Shown: piece after piece, positions 10,995 to 22,944 of the stretch
How positions within the stretch are numbered: the stretch's first letter is position 1
How the letters are laid out: each line of letters opens with the position of its first letter
Origin: Gnetum montanum
Taxonomy: Eukaryota; Plantae; Gnetophyta
Assembly: GCA_015680685.1 (NCBI GenBank)
Contig: MNCI01000838.1
Location: 1-64,000 of the forward strand
DNA length: 64,000 nt
Reading direction: 5' to 3'
Notes under the pieces: model-generated
Told to the model about the DNA's origin: nothing
The model's database searches: none
The model's input: only the letters and a program-made list of their open reading frames with translations
Program-made: the position numbers and the translations under genes

Positions 10995-13409
10995 ACGAGC
11001 TTTGCATGGAAGGGATTTCATTTTCTAGATTCTCCTCTTGATGGAGATAGGAACCCAACATTAGGTTCCTATTTCGCCAACTTCTCAATCAACAATGATC
11101 CCTTTGGCTTCATCGAAGCATTTTTGGATGCTTTTTGGAAGTCAAAATGTGAAGCTAATGATCTAAAACAACTACTCTCTTAATGTCAACAACAACTAAC
11201 TTCAACACAGAATCAATATGCTAAACTTTAGTAGAAAATCCATGAAGCACAATCTGCCAACCTTGCTCCTTCAGATGATTCATCAATTCCTACAATCTTG
11301 GAAGAGATGATTCAATCTACTACTAAGGATTTTCATAGAAACCTCACTGCCATTGATCGTGTAGAGAGGACAAAGGTGCATATTGAACAACTTCATGGTG
11401 AAAAAATTTTAATTCACAACTTATGCATTACGGCCCCTAAGCTTAATGCCTCAAATCCCAAAGGAGATGTTCTCCTTCAACAAGATTTTTCTTCCTTGAA
11501 GCAAGAGCAAAATTTTAGGCTCCAAGAAACCTATCTTTTCCACACGATGCCATTCAGAAACTAGTTGAATGCATCTCTTGCAATCAACAGCCACTTGTAT
11601 TCCAGAATGCTCTCATAAAAGCCTACCCGAAGAAACTAGAAGAGGCCTTCCTTAATGAATGTTTGCATTTCGACATTCACAAGGAGGCCTACAGGAAAGA
11701 AGGTGAAGAACAAAAAACTACTACCTTTGCTACTGAAGCTGAGGCTGACACATTGGATCCAATTTCAATTTTCAAAGAGGTTTCCAAGGAGACCATGCAT
11801 TAAGATTGGAACAATACCTTTGTGAAGTTTCAGGAATGGCTCAAGGATTGTGGATCCATCCCCAAAAACTTCTCCTTTCAGCGAAACTAGGGGGAAAATC
11901 TACAAATACGAAGATCTCAACTAGATCCATGCACTTATGCCCATTCCCATCCTAGTCCTACTGATAAACTATCCTCCACCTCTAAGCAGCAGCCACACGA
12001 TTCCAAAAAAAAAATCTTAGAAAAAATCCCAAGAATAGTAGTAACAGAAAAAATCCCAACATCAGCAGTAACATAAAAAATCTCAGCAATCAAAAATTTC
12101 CCAACAAAAATAGTAACCAAAATAATCTAGACAAAAATAAAATAATTTTCCTCACAAAAATTAGGAAAATACTCTTGGCCCTAATCGTGCAATTTCTAAC
12201 TTCTCAAACCCTAACCCCCATTCTCTATATTTTGGTTTTGTAGGTCATGATTTTGATCAAGTTCGAGTTTCTAGTGACAATATGTTTGGTTTTTTAGATT
12301 TCCACCCTGATCTTCAAGGTTTTGGGATTTTTGCCCAGGGATTTTCGGGTTTCAACCGCGACCAAGGTACTTCTGGTTTTGACTACAATGATGGCTATTC
12401 TAGTTTTGGCGATGATTACAATTGCAAGAGCAACCATGGTCAAGGCTGCACTTCTATCAATTCTGCAGGTCATAGTCATAATAGAGGCCACTGTCCTAAC
12501 AGATCTATGGGTCTCAGTCATAGCAGATCTGGTGTTGTTGACTCTGGTGGCCCGACACATTCTGGATCTAGATGATTTGCTTGCCACTAGTGCACAACAT
12601 AAGGCACATATCCACCATGGCCTCTACCTCCTAATCCATGGCCTCCACCTTCCAATCCATGCATCACTCCAAATGACACCTTGCATTTTGCCTCTATGTG
12701 GTTTCCTAGTTCTATTTTTGGGTAGAACGTAGGATCTACTTCTACTCCTGCACTGAACTCTGGTCCTTCTATTGTTCTCTCGTGCTCAAACTCTATGCTG
12801 CATGCTTCTGACATAGCACTTGCATTTGTATCTACTACACCCACACACGTGTCTGGTTCTGGTGCACCCTTGTCTGCTATGGCCTTGCCTAGTTCTACTT
12901 CGCTGACACCCACATCTAGATCTGTTTCAATGCTCGTGCTCGACCCTATGTCCACCATTGCCTCTACTCACAACACTAGTGATGGTTCTTCCCTCAACAA
13001 CAATTCTACATTCTCTGATCTAGCCATCAACATCAACAGTGGTTCTTCATCCAATCTAAGTACTGACAATGATCATTTTAAGGATGGTCATTTTTTACAA
13101 CCATCTTTGGATATCAAGGAGGGTGTTGGAAATGTTAATGTTAATTTTGAAAGGACTAATGGAAATGTTTTTGTTTTTGGATCTTTAAAACCAAAAAGCC
13201 CAATCCAAATTCAATGTGCTAGGCTCCACATGACTCCCATTGCTCCCCATTCCCAACCCCTCTCTACCATCCCTTTTCAATTGGCTAGGACACAGACCTC
13301 CACCCTTATTGTCTCTAGGACATTTTTTTCGACATCTACCCAAAACAACCCTCCAATGACTCAAACTTCTATGCAATTTGCACCTCTACCTGAATCCTCC
13401 TCCCATTGA
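10995..13409 (+). pseudogene. PLE ORF1 (coiled-coil, Q/K-rich, G/S-rich, S/T-rich), decayed
   Basis: Collinear translated fragments match copy 4 (FLDAFWKSK.EA.DL.QLL, LEEM.Q, APKL.AS.PKGDVLLQQDF). Confidence 0.7.
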
Positions 13410-15343
13410 GTTTTTTACCTTTAGCTCGAGAGCCCCCTCATCATTCTCATTTGACTTTATAGCTACCTATGCTTGACTAGAAAGCCTAGGCCCATTTTCT
13501 TTTGGCATGAAAAACCTTCTGCAAAATCAAAAATTGAATGACCAATTTCACGGTTCATAATATTTTGTTTCATGTCCTTTTGACAAATGAAACCAAGGTT
13601 CTAGGCTATGGTTTAAAATTCATTCCCCACCCCGTTCCCATGGATAAATCAGCCATTCTTAAAGAATTTACTGCATTTGCATCTTTTGTGTTTGTGTAAC
13701 TTTTTTAAGAATAAACAAGAAGATAAACTTTCATCCTCTGAATTTATTTTTGCTCTTCAAATGGAAAAAATAAAACTGTGCCATCCCAATAAATGGAATC
13801 CCCCTACAAGTAGTTTCAATATAGAGCTACAACATAGTATTCATTGTTGCCTTGACTCCCTCAAAACTACTCTTACCACCATTAATTTCCATAGGAGAAC
13901 CCTTCTTTTGAGACATTTTCTTGGAGCACTTCGTGGATCCTAGAATGATAAAAGTATCGTGATTCGTCTTGCAGATAAAAACTTGGGGATTTTTATTTTG
14001 GATTCCAATTGTTTCTTGGATGAAGCAACTTGTTAGCTTGCCGACCCAAAAGTCTACCTTCATGTAGACTCTGTTCAATGGGATTCTTTTCGTCACCAAT
14101 TGTTCTCTTTTGTCAACCAGTTTTCAAAAATTCTCTCTAATTTTAAGGATGGATTGTTGTGAAAAAAGGTATTTAAACCTTGTAATTTTTACATCATCCC
14201 TAGAATTCACAAACTACTTTTGGTTGGATGCCCTATTTTTTCATTATCTTCTTGAACCTACTTATTGCCTTCTCCATTTTCTGCTATTCCCAATACTTTG
14301 TCAGCAACCATATCACCTCAAAGATTCCTCTACCCTAATCCGAGACATCCATGCTAGATCTCTACCTCAAAATGTAAATTTTTTTTACATTTGATGTAGA
14401 ATCATTTTATCCTAGCATTCTCATGGATCAGGGGCTCTTGGCTCTTCAAAACATGGTTGATGAATATTTTGCTGCAAATCCCATACCTTTGCAGTCACTG
14501 TACAGCAATGCCATCATAGAGCTTTCTACCTTGGTGCTTCGAGAACACTACCTCGAGTTCAATGGGATTGTCTACAAACAAATCAGGAGCACTGCCATGG
14601 GTAGCAACTTTATTGTTGTCTACATATGCCTTTTCTTGTGTCACATAGAAAAATAGGTTTCTTGCCCCTTTTTCTGATAATCTTTTATATTTTACAAGTT
14701 TTATCGATGATGCTTTTGGCATATGGAGTGGCACGAAAGATTCCCTTCATATCTTGATTGAAAGGTATGGTAATGTTTATCCTTCAATAAACATTACCCC
14801 CACCATTTTGGACTCTGCAATTAATATTTTGGATGTTACTTTTTCCAAAGGTTCTCAATTTTTTAACACTGGCATTCTATCTACCAAGTGTTATTAGAAA
14901 CCTCTGAATGCATATCAGTACATCCCCTTCTACTCTTGGCATTCCTTCCATTAGAAGAAGGCTTTTATTATTCTGAAATTGAAAAGGTATCTTCTCAAGG
15001 AATCTTGCCTTGGCGACCTCCAATAGATTCGACAATAATTAATTCAAAGACTTCGAGCTCGTGGCTATCCTTCCTACTTGCTGTTTAAATGCTTTAGTTT
15101 GGTTCCTGCTACTTCTCATGGATCCCTTCTTGAAAGACTTCATCAAAGTCATGTGTTCGTAGGAAATGGACCCCTCTCATCTTCAAAATGGATTTTAGTC
15201 CTTCCACTAAATCTTTGAATGTGAGGGCACTCCAGAACACCATTATAGAAGTGATCTCATGTTGGTGAAATCCTAAAAAGCTACAATCCTTGCTTGTTCA
15301 GAACAAATTCACATGCTCGACCCCCACCCCCACTTCGACCTGA
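13184..15343 (+). pseudogene. PLE RT ORF, copy 3 (-1 frame relative to ORF1)
   Basis: FDVES, TAMGS and FIDDAFG motifs; many stops. Confidence 0.85.
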
Positions 15344-15781
15344 ACGAGTGGGGCACTTGTAATTTTTGAACTCATCCATAGTTTTTTAATTATTCTGATC
15401 AAAGTTGGGGTATCATTAAGAAGAGCACCTTTTGGCTCTTTGATTTTGTACATCCATTGCTAAAACATAATGAAGATGGGTGCAACTCCTCAAAAATGAT
15501 TTTTGTTCATTGCTTTGTGTGTTCATGTCAAGTTTGAGCCTTGTTCAATTTTTCTTCCTTTGAGTTTTTTCCTTTTTTCTTTTTTTTCTATGATTTTCTT
15601 CCATTTTAAATTGTACTTTTATGAGCCACACAAGATCACCAAAAAAGTTTTTAGCTGAACCCTAAAATTTTTTGTCTATCTTGGTGCCTGAGAAACGATG
15701 AGCTCTGCTGGTTAGCAATCCTTTACTTTCAACCAATCATCGCTTGCTGTCTCCAAACAAGAAGTAACTTTTGATCCTTCT

Positions 15782-18126
15782 ATGAGCTTTTCACAAAAGA
15801 GATCTCGTTTTCTAGATTCTCCACTGGATCGAGATAGAAACCCAACATCAGGTTCCTATTTTGCCAACTACTCAGTTAACGATAATCCCTTTAGCTCCAC
15901 CGAAGCATTTTTGGATGCTTTTTGGAAGTCAAAACATGAAGCTGATGATCTGCGACAGCTGCTCTTTCATTGTCAATAGCAACTAACCTCAACATAGAAT
16001 CAATGTGCTAAACTTCAGCAGAAAACTTGTGAAGCACAATCTGCCAACCTTGCTCCTTCAGATGATTCATCAATTCCTACAATCTTGGAAGAGATGATGC
16101 AATTTGCTGCTAAGGGTTTTCATAAATACCTTGCTACCACTGATTGCATAGAGAGGAAAAAGGTGCATATTGAATAACTTCATGATGAAAGACTTTTAAT
16201 TCACAGCTTACGCATTATGGCCCCTAAGCTTAAGGCCTCAACTCCCAAAGGAGATGTTCTCCTTCAACAAGATTTTTCTTCCTTGTAGCAAGAGCACAAT
16301 TTCAGGCTCCAAGAAGCTTATCTACATGCAAAGATAGTTTTTGTCGATGTGCATCGGCAAAAAATGGAATCTTTTCCACACAATGTCATTCAGAAACTAG
16401 TTGAATGCATCTCCTACATTCAACAACCACCTGTATTCTAGAATGCGCTCATGCAAGCTTGCATGAGGAAACTAGAAGAGGCCTTTCTTAATGAATGTTT
16501 GCATTTTGACATTCACATGGAGGCCCGTAGGAAAGCAGGTGAATAGAAAAAAATTGCTTCCTCCACTGCTGAAGCCAAGGCTGATAGATTGGATCTGATT
16601 CCAACTATCAAAGAGATCTACAAAGAGACCGTGCATCAAGAATGGGACGCTACCTTTCTGATGTTTGGGAAATGGCTTAAGGAATGTGGAGCCATCCCCA
16701 ACAACTTCTCCTTTTAGCAAAACCAGGGGCAAATCAGCAAACATGAATATCTCAACCATATCCATGTGCTGATGCCCATTCCCATCTTAGTCCTGGTGAT
16801 CAACTATCCTCCACCTCTCAACAGCAACCACACGATTTTCAAAAAAAATCCCAGCAACAGAAAAAGTCCCAACATCAACAAAAATAGCAACCAAAAATTT
16901 CCCAACAACAACAGTAATCAAAAAAATATAGACAAAAAAAAACAATTTTCCTAACAAAAATCAGGAAAATACTCGTAGCCCTAATCCTACGATTTTGAAG
17001 TTCTCAAACCTTAACCACCATTCTATAGATGTTGATTTTGTATGTCATGGTTTTGATTAAGTTCCATTTTTTGGTAGCAATCTATTTGATTTTCTAGATT
17101 GTCACCTTGATCTTCAAGGTTTGGGGGTTTTTACCCCAAGTTTTTTTGGGTTTCGTCCATGGCCAGGGTTCTTCTACTTTCAACTATAGCAGCAACTATT
17201 CTAGTTCTATCAGTTCTACAACTCGTAGTCACAGTAAAGTCCATGGTGCTAACAGATCTACAGGTCTCAGTCGTAGCATATTTGGTGTTGTTGACTCTGT
17301 CAGTCTGGTGCATTCTGGATCTAGATGATCCACTCACCACTAGCGCACAGTGCAGGGCACGCATACACCATGGCTTCTACCTCCCAATCCATGTGTCACT
17401 CCAAATGATTCCCTGCATTCTACCTTTGCATAGTTTCCTGGTTTAGTTTTTGAAAAGAACGCAGGATCTGCTTTTTCTCCTGCATGGAACTCTGGTCCTT
17501 CTTCTACTATCCCATGCTCAAACTCTACACTGCACGCTTTTGACATAGAAATTATGTTTGTATCTGCTACACCCATGTACATGTCTAGTTTTGGTACACC
17601 ATTTTCTGGTTCTTCTTTACCAGTGCCCACGTCTAGATCTGTTTCAGTGCTCATGCTTAGCCTTGTGTTCATCGCCACCTCTGCTCACAACAATAGCAAC
17701 GGTTCTTCCCTCAACAACAGTTCTACATTCTCTAATCTGAACATCAACATCAGTAGTGCTTCGTCATCCGACTGGGGTACTAACAATGATCATTTTAGGG
17801 ATGGTCATTTTTTGCAACCATCCTCAGATATCAAGGTGTGTGTTGGAAATGTTAATGTTAATTCTAAAAGGAGTGATGGAAATTTTTTTATTTTCAGGTC
17901 TTTAAACCTGAAAAGCCTAGCCCAAATTCAATGGGCTAGGCTCCACATGACTCCCATTGCTCCCCATTCCCAACCCCTCTTTGCCATCCCTTTTCAATTG
18001 GCTGGGACTCAGACCTCCACTCCCATTATCTTTGGGACATTTGTTTCGACATCTGCCCAAAACAAGCCCCCAATGACTCAAACTTCTATGCAATTTATGC
18101 CTCTACCCGAACTGTCCTTCCATTGA
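15782..18126 (+). pseudogene. PLE ORF1, copy 4
   Basis: Starts MSFSQKRSRF, followed by helical/coiled-coil and then low-complexity segments. Ends at CAT-TGA, as in copy 3. Confidence 0.7.
17901..17942 (+). promoter_or_regulatory. Candidate -1 programmed ribosomal frameshift signal
   Basis: T TTA AAC in ORF1 frame, 6-nt spacer, stem AGCCTAGCCC/GGGCTAGGCT. The -1 frame is the RT frame. Confidence 0.7.
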
Positions 18127-20059
18127 CCTTTTCACCTTTAGACCAAAAGCCCCCTCATTATTCTCATTTCACTTTTTGGCTACCCGCGCTTAACCAAAAA
18201 GCCTACGCCCGTTTTCTTTTCGCACAAAAAAGCATTCGTGAAATCAAAAATCGAATGACCAATTTCATGGTTCATAATTTTTCATCTTGTATCCTTTCTG
18301 AAAATGAAACCAAGGTTCTAGGCTATGGTTTAAAACTCATTCCCTCTCCCCTTCCCATGGATAAATCGGGGCCATTCTTAAAGAATTTACTGCATTCACT
18401 CATCTTTTATGTCTGCGTAACTTTTTTAAGAATAAACCAAAAGACAACCTTTCATCCTTTGAATTTATTTCTGCTCTTCAAATGGAAAACATAAAACTAC
18501 ACCATCCCAATAAATGGAATCCCCCTACAAGTAGTTTCAATCTAGAGCTAGAGCACAACATTCACTGTTACCTTGACTTCCTCAAAACTACTCTTACCAC
18601 CATTAATTTTTGTAGTAGACCCCTTCTTCTGAGATGTCTTCTTAGAGCACTTCATGGACTTCGGAATGTTAAAAGTATCATGATTCATCCTGCGGATAAA
18701 ATCTTGGGGGTTTCTGTTTTGGATTCTAGTTGGTACATGAATGAACCAACTAGTTAGCTTGCCGATCCAAAAGTCTATCTTCGTGTAGACTCTGTTCCAT
18801 GGGATTCTGTTCATCACCAATTGTTCTCTTTTGTTAACCAATTTTCAAAAATTCTCTCTAATTTTAAGGATACATTGTTGCAAAATAAGGTATTTAAATC
18901 TTGTAATTTTTACATCATCCCTAAAATTCACATCCCAATTTTGGTTGGACGCCCTATTTGTTTATACAAGGGCTATCTCCTTGAACCTGCTTCCCACCTT
19001 CTCCATTTTCTACTATTTCCAATTCTTTGTCATCAACCATATCACCTCAAAGATTCCTCTACCCTAATCCGAGACCTTCATGCTAGATCTCTACCTCAAA
19101 ATGTATTTATTTTTACATTTTATGTAAAATCATTGTATCCCAACATTTCCTTAGATCAAGGGCTCTTGGCTCTTCAAAACATACTTGATGAATATTTTGC
19201 TACAAGTCCCATACCTTTGCAGTCACTATACAACAATGCCATCATGGAGCTTTCTACATTGGTGCTTGAAGAATACTACCTTGAGTTCAATGGGGTTGTC
19301 TACAAACAAATCAAGGGCACTACCATGGGTAGCAAATTTGTTGTTGTCTATGTATGCCTTTTCTTCTGTCACCTGGAAAAATAGGTTTTCATTGCTCCTT
19401 TGTCTGATAACCTTTTATATTTTAAAAGGTTTATTGATGGTGCTTTTGGCATATGGAGTGGCATGGAAGATTCTCTTCATACCTTGCTAGAAAGGTATGG
19501 TAATGTTTATCCTTTAATAAACATTACCCCCACCATTTTTGACTCTGTAATTAATATATTGGATGTTACTTTTTTCAAAGGTTCTCAATTTTCTAACACT
19601 AGTATTCTATCTACTAAGTGTTATCAGAAACCTTTGAATGCATATCAGTATATCCCCTTCTCCTCTTGGCATCCCTTCCATTAGAAGAAGGCTTTTATTA
19701 TTGTGGAACTGAAAAGATATCTTCTTAGGGAATTGTTCCTTGGTGACCTTCAATAGATTTAGAGATAATTGTTTCAGAGAATTTGGTCTCATGGCTATCC
19801 TTCTCACTTGTTGTTTAAATGCTTTAGTCTAGTTCCTACTACTTCTTGTGGATCCCTTCTAAAAAAAATCATCAAAGTCATGGCATTCGTAGGAAATGGA
19901 CTCCTAAACCCTATCCTTTGTCAGCTTCATCAAAAAGATCCAACACTCTAGAACACTATTCCAAAAGTGATCTCATGTTGGTAAAATCCTAAAAAGTTGC
20001 AATCCTTGCTTGTTCAAAATAGATTCAGGTACTTGACCCCCATCCCCACTTCAGCCTAA
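17901..20059 (+). pseudogene. PLE RT ORF, copy 4
   Basis: All PLE RT motifs present, catalytic motif A Asp replaced by Tyr, no endonuclease domain. Confidence 0.9.
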
Positions 20060-20179
20060 ATCAGTGGGACGAATTTAACTTTTAAACTCATCCATATTTT
20101 TTTAATTACTTCGATCAAAGTTGGGGTATCTTTAAGAAGAGCACCTTTTGGCTCTTTGAATTTGTACATCCATTGCTAA

Positions 20180-20223
20180 AACATACTGAAGAGGGATGCA
20201 ACTCCCCGAAAACATTTTTTGTT
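20180..20223 (+). ncRNA. Minimal type I hammerhead ribozyme (both core boxes intact)
   Basis: AACATA-CTGAAGA-GGGATGCAACTCCCC-GAAA-ACAT-TT-TTTGTT. Confidence 0.75.
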
Positions 20224-20458
20224 CATTGTTTTTTGTGTTCATGTCAGGTTTGAGCCTTGTTCAATTTTTGTTCCTTTGATTTTTTTTTTCTTTTTTCCTT
20301 TTGTCTCTACTTTCATTCCATTCTAGACCATATTTTCATGAGCCGCACAAGATCACCACAAAATTTTTTTAGCTAACCCTAAAATTTTTTCAGCTAACCC
20401 ACAAAATTTTTCAACTAACCCTAAAATTTTTTTTAGCTAACCCTAAAATTTTTTTAGC

Positions 20459-21050
20459 AAACCCTAAACCCTATACTTTGTTAGCTTTGCCAAAAAGATC
20501 CGACACTCTAGAATACCATTTCAAAAGTGATCTCATGTTGGCGAAATCCTAAAAAGCTGCAGTTCAAAAAACATTTAGGTGCTCAACCCCCATCCCCACT
20601 TCGGCTTGAATGAGTGGGGCCATTTTAATTTTTGAACTCATCCATAGTTTTTTAATTATTTTGGTCAAAGTTGGGGTATCTTTAAGAAAAGCACCTTTTG
20701 GCTCTTTGACTTTCTACATCCATTACTGAAACATACTAAAGAGGGTGTAACTCTCCAAAAATGTTTTATGTTCATTACTTTTTGTGTTCATGTCAAGTTT
20801 TAGCCTTGTTCAATTTTTGTTCCTTTGATTTTTTTTCTGTTTTTCTTTTGTCTCTTCTTTCGTTCCATTCTAAACTGTACTTTTGTGAGCCACAAAAGAT
20901 CACCACAAAACTTTTTCAGATCAACCCTAAAACTTTTTCAGCTCAACTCTAAAATTTTTTTAGCTCAACACTAAAATTTTTTCAGCTCAACCCTAAAATT
21001 CTTTTAGCTCAATCCTAAAATTTTTTCAGCTCAACCCTAAAATTTTTTAG
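20459..21050 (+). mobile_element. PLE pseudo-LTR with 22-bp tail array
   Basis: Begins AAACCCTAAACCCTATACTTTG. Hammerhead remnant at 20730-20772. CAGCTCAACCCTAAAATTTTTT repeats at 20908-21050. Confidence 0.85.
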
Positions 21051-21963
21051 GGCACTTAAAATTTTTTTTGTGATCTCATGCGGCTAGGCAAGGAATGGTA
21101 AGGTAGCTAAAAAGATTATAAACTTGAAAACAAAACTTGAAAAAACTGAAACTTGAAAAAAGCTCATCAAAGCATTACATTACATTGACACAAAACATTT
21201 TCAAGGAGTTTCACCCCTCCTCAGTGTGTTTGTGGTAATGCGGATGAGTAGCTGAAGCTACAAAGGCAAGGGATGAGCATGCTAGTACAAAACAATTTAT
21301 AATGTCCCATTAAAAAATAAGGGGGGCCCCACTCATGTTGGCTGAATCGATGTGGAAGGAGGTACTGGCAATTTGAGAATCAGTTTTTCAGGGCGATCTA
21401 TCAAAGTCAACAAGGGTTGGATCTTTTGGCAGAGCTGACAATGTGTAGGTTTTAGAAATGTCCTCATGTTTAATCAATGGACATGAGGGGTTTAACCACA
21501 CAACAACAAAGACAAACAAGATCATAGGTGCACATTAATAGTAAAAATTGGGGGGGGGGTGGAAAAGGGGGAAAGAAAGGGAGAATCCATGAAAAATAAC
21601 AGTGATGGTGGAAGCGGCAACGGTGGAAAAAGGCGATAGCGGTGATAGCTGCGTAGCAGTGGCAATTGCGTAGTGGAGAAATTTTTAGGGCACTTAAAAT
21701 TTTTTAGGTGATCTCATGTGACTAGGCAAGGAACAATAAAGTAGCTAAAAAGATTAAAAACTTGAAAAAAAAACTTAAAAAAACTGAAACCTAAAAAAAG
21801 TTCATCAAAGCATTACATTACACTGACACAAAATGTTTTTAGGGAGTTTCACCCCTCCTTAATGTGTTTGTGATAATGCGGCTAAGGAGCCGAAGCTTCA
21901 AAGAAAAGGGATGAGCATGCCAGTATGAAACAATTTATAATCTTCCATCTTAAAATAGGAGAT
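21045..21963 (-). mobile_element. Inverted pair of related PLE pLTRs (different subfamily)
   Basis: Reverse complement aligns with the pLTR (TGTCAGCTCTGCCAAAAGATCC, GAGTGGG, GAGATCAC). 21045-21320 is repeated at 21680-21960. Confidence 0.75.
21187..21230 (-). ncRNA. Hammerhead ribozyme, minus strand
   Basis: rc: ACACA-CTGAGGA-GGGG tgaaact CCTT-GAAA-ATGT-TT-TGTGT. A second decayed copy lies at 21825-21868. Confidence 0.75.
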
Positions 21964-22802
21964 TGATGAGTCAGCATTTGGGCAACCATGATATTGCATC
22001 TACGATATCGTAGCCCAACTACGATATCATATATGCGATATCATAGCCTGTCTCCTCATATGTAAATAAGAGGTAGATAGATCAGTTAGGAATTAAAGGG
22101 ATTAGTAAGTTAGTTAGTTTTAGTTTAAGTGTTTAATTTCTTTCTCTCAACCCTTTTTCTCTTAGTGTATGCCTGCAGTGTGGTGACTGTAATTGTATGA
22201 CATCCTTTATTCGAGTGTGACGTACTTGGACACGCATATGACCAGAAATAAAGATTGAGATTACTTCATCATTGCAACATTCACTTAGCTTAATCATTTA
22301 ATTAATTGTTATTTACTTCTACTTTCCTAGTTAATCTCTCTTACCCTTAAACTCATGTTAAAATGCAGAATGAGTATAACTTGATTACAAGAATTTAAAT
22401 GTGACTACTTGGTAATCCAGTAGCGTACCTAGGATCTATGCTTGGTAATCTTAGTGGTAGTCGTGCATGAAGTCCAAGATGTGTACGGATAATCAAGGAA
22501 TGGATGCTCATCGCACTTAGGCTAGTTTATATTCTCTCACTCTCACTCTCTCCTAGATTAGTAAATATTACTTTCCATTGCCTTTAGGAGTAGCATTAGA
22601 TTAGAAACCACATCATACACCTCACTTTGGACTAAACCATACGTGACAAAGATAATACTAGTCTAGGTGGGAAGACAACGAACTTCAACCTAAGGCTAAC
22701 TGTCTAGATGCCACAACTAGTTCATCTACGGAGTTCGACTGGATCATGCGTGTAACGCTCGTATTCGTATGGTTGAGTGTAGGGGTACCTCATCACTCAT
22801 CA
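21964..22802 (+). mobile_element. LTR of Athila-like Ty3/Gypsy element
   Basis: TGATGAG...CTCATCA termini, followed by TAGCATCATTGTCGGGGA (degenerate tRNA-Asp PBS TGGCGCCGTTGCCGGGGA). Confidence 0.7.
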
Positions 22803-22944
22803 TTAGCATCATTGTCGGGGACAGTGCTAGTTATCTAGATTAGTTATATCATACAAGGTTGTTATAAAGGAATTAATGATATGTCTTTTAGAAATAAATA
22901 ATTATTAAAAGTCACACATAATTTCACACAAAACTTTACAACCA

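Larger units (their letters stand above)
10886..15672 (+). mobile_element. PLE copy 3 (~4.8 kb unit)
   Basis: ORF1 + RT + pLTR, tandemly homologous to 15673-20460. Confidence 0.9.
15673..20460 (+). mobile_element. PLE copy 4 (~4.8 kb unit)
   Basis: Same 5' junction as copy 3 (AAAATTTTTT|GTCTATCTT); contains ORF1, RT, pLTR and tail repeats. Confidence 0.9.

Noticed and set aside
12282-12958. Overlapping ORFs on both strands as separate genes
   Set aside because: These are alternative frames of the low-complexity part of PLE ORF1, with no independent support.
18255-20059. Telomerase (TERT) or LINE RT
   Set aside because: Motifs (ADK, PKIH, GxxMGS, FIDD, YQKP..SWHP), multicopy tandem layout and pLTRs fit PLEs. 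There is no APE domain or TERT gene structure.
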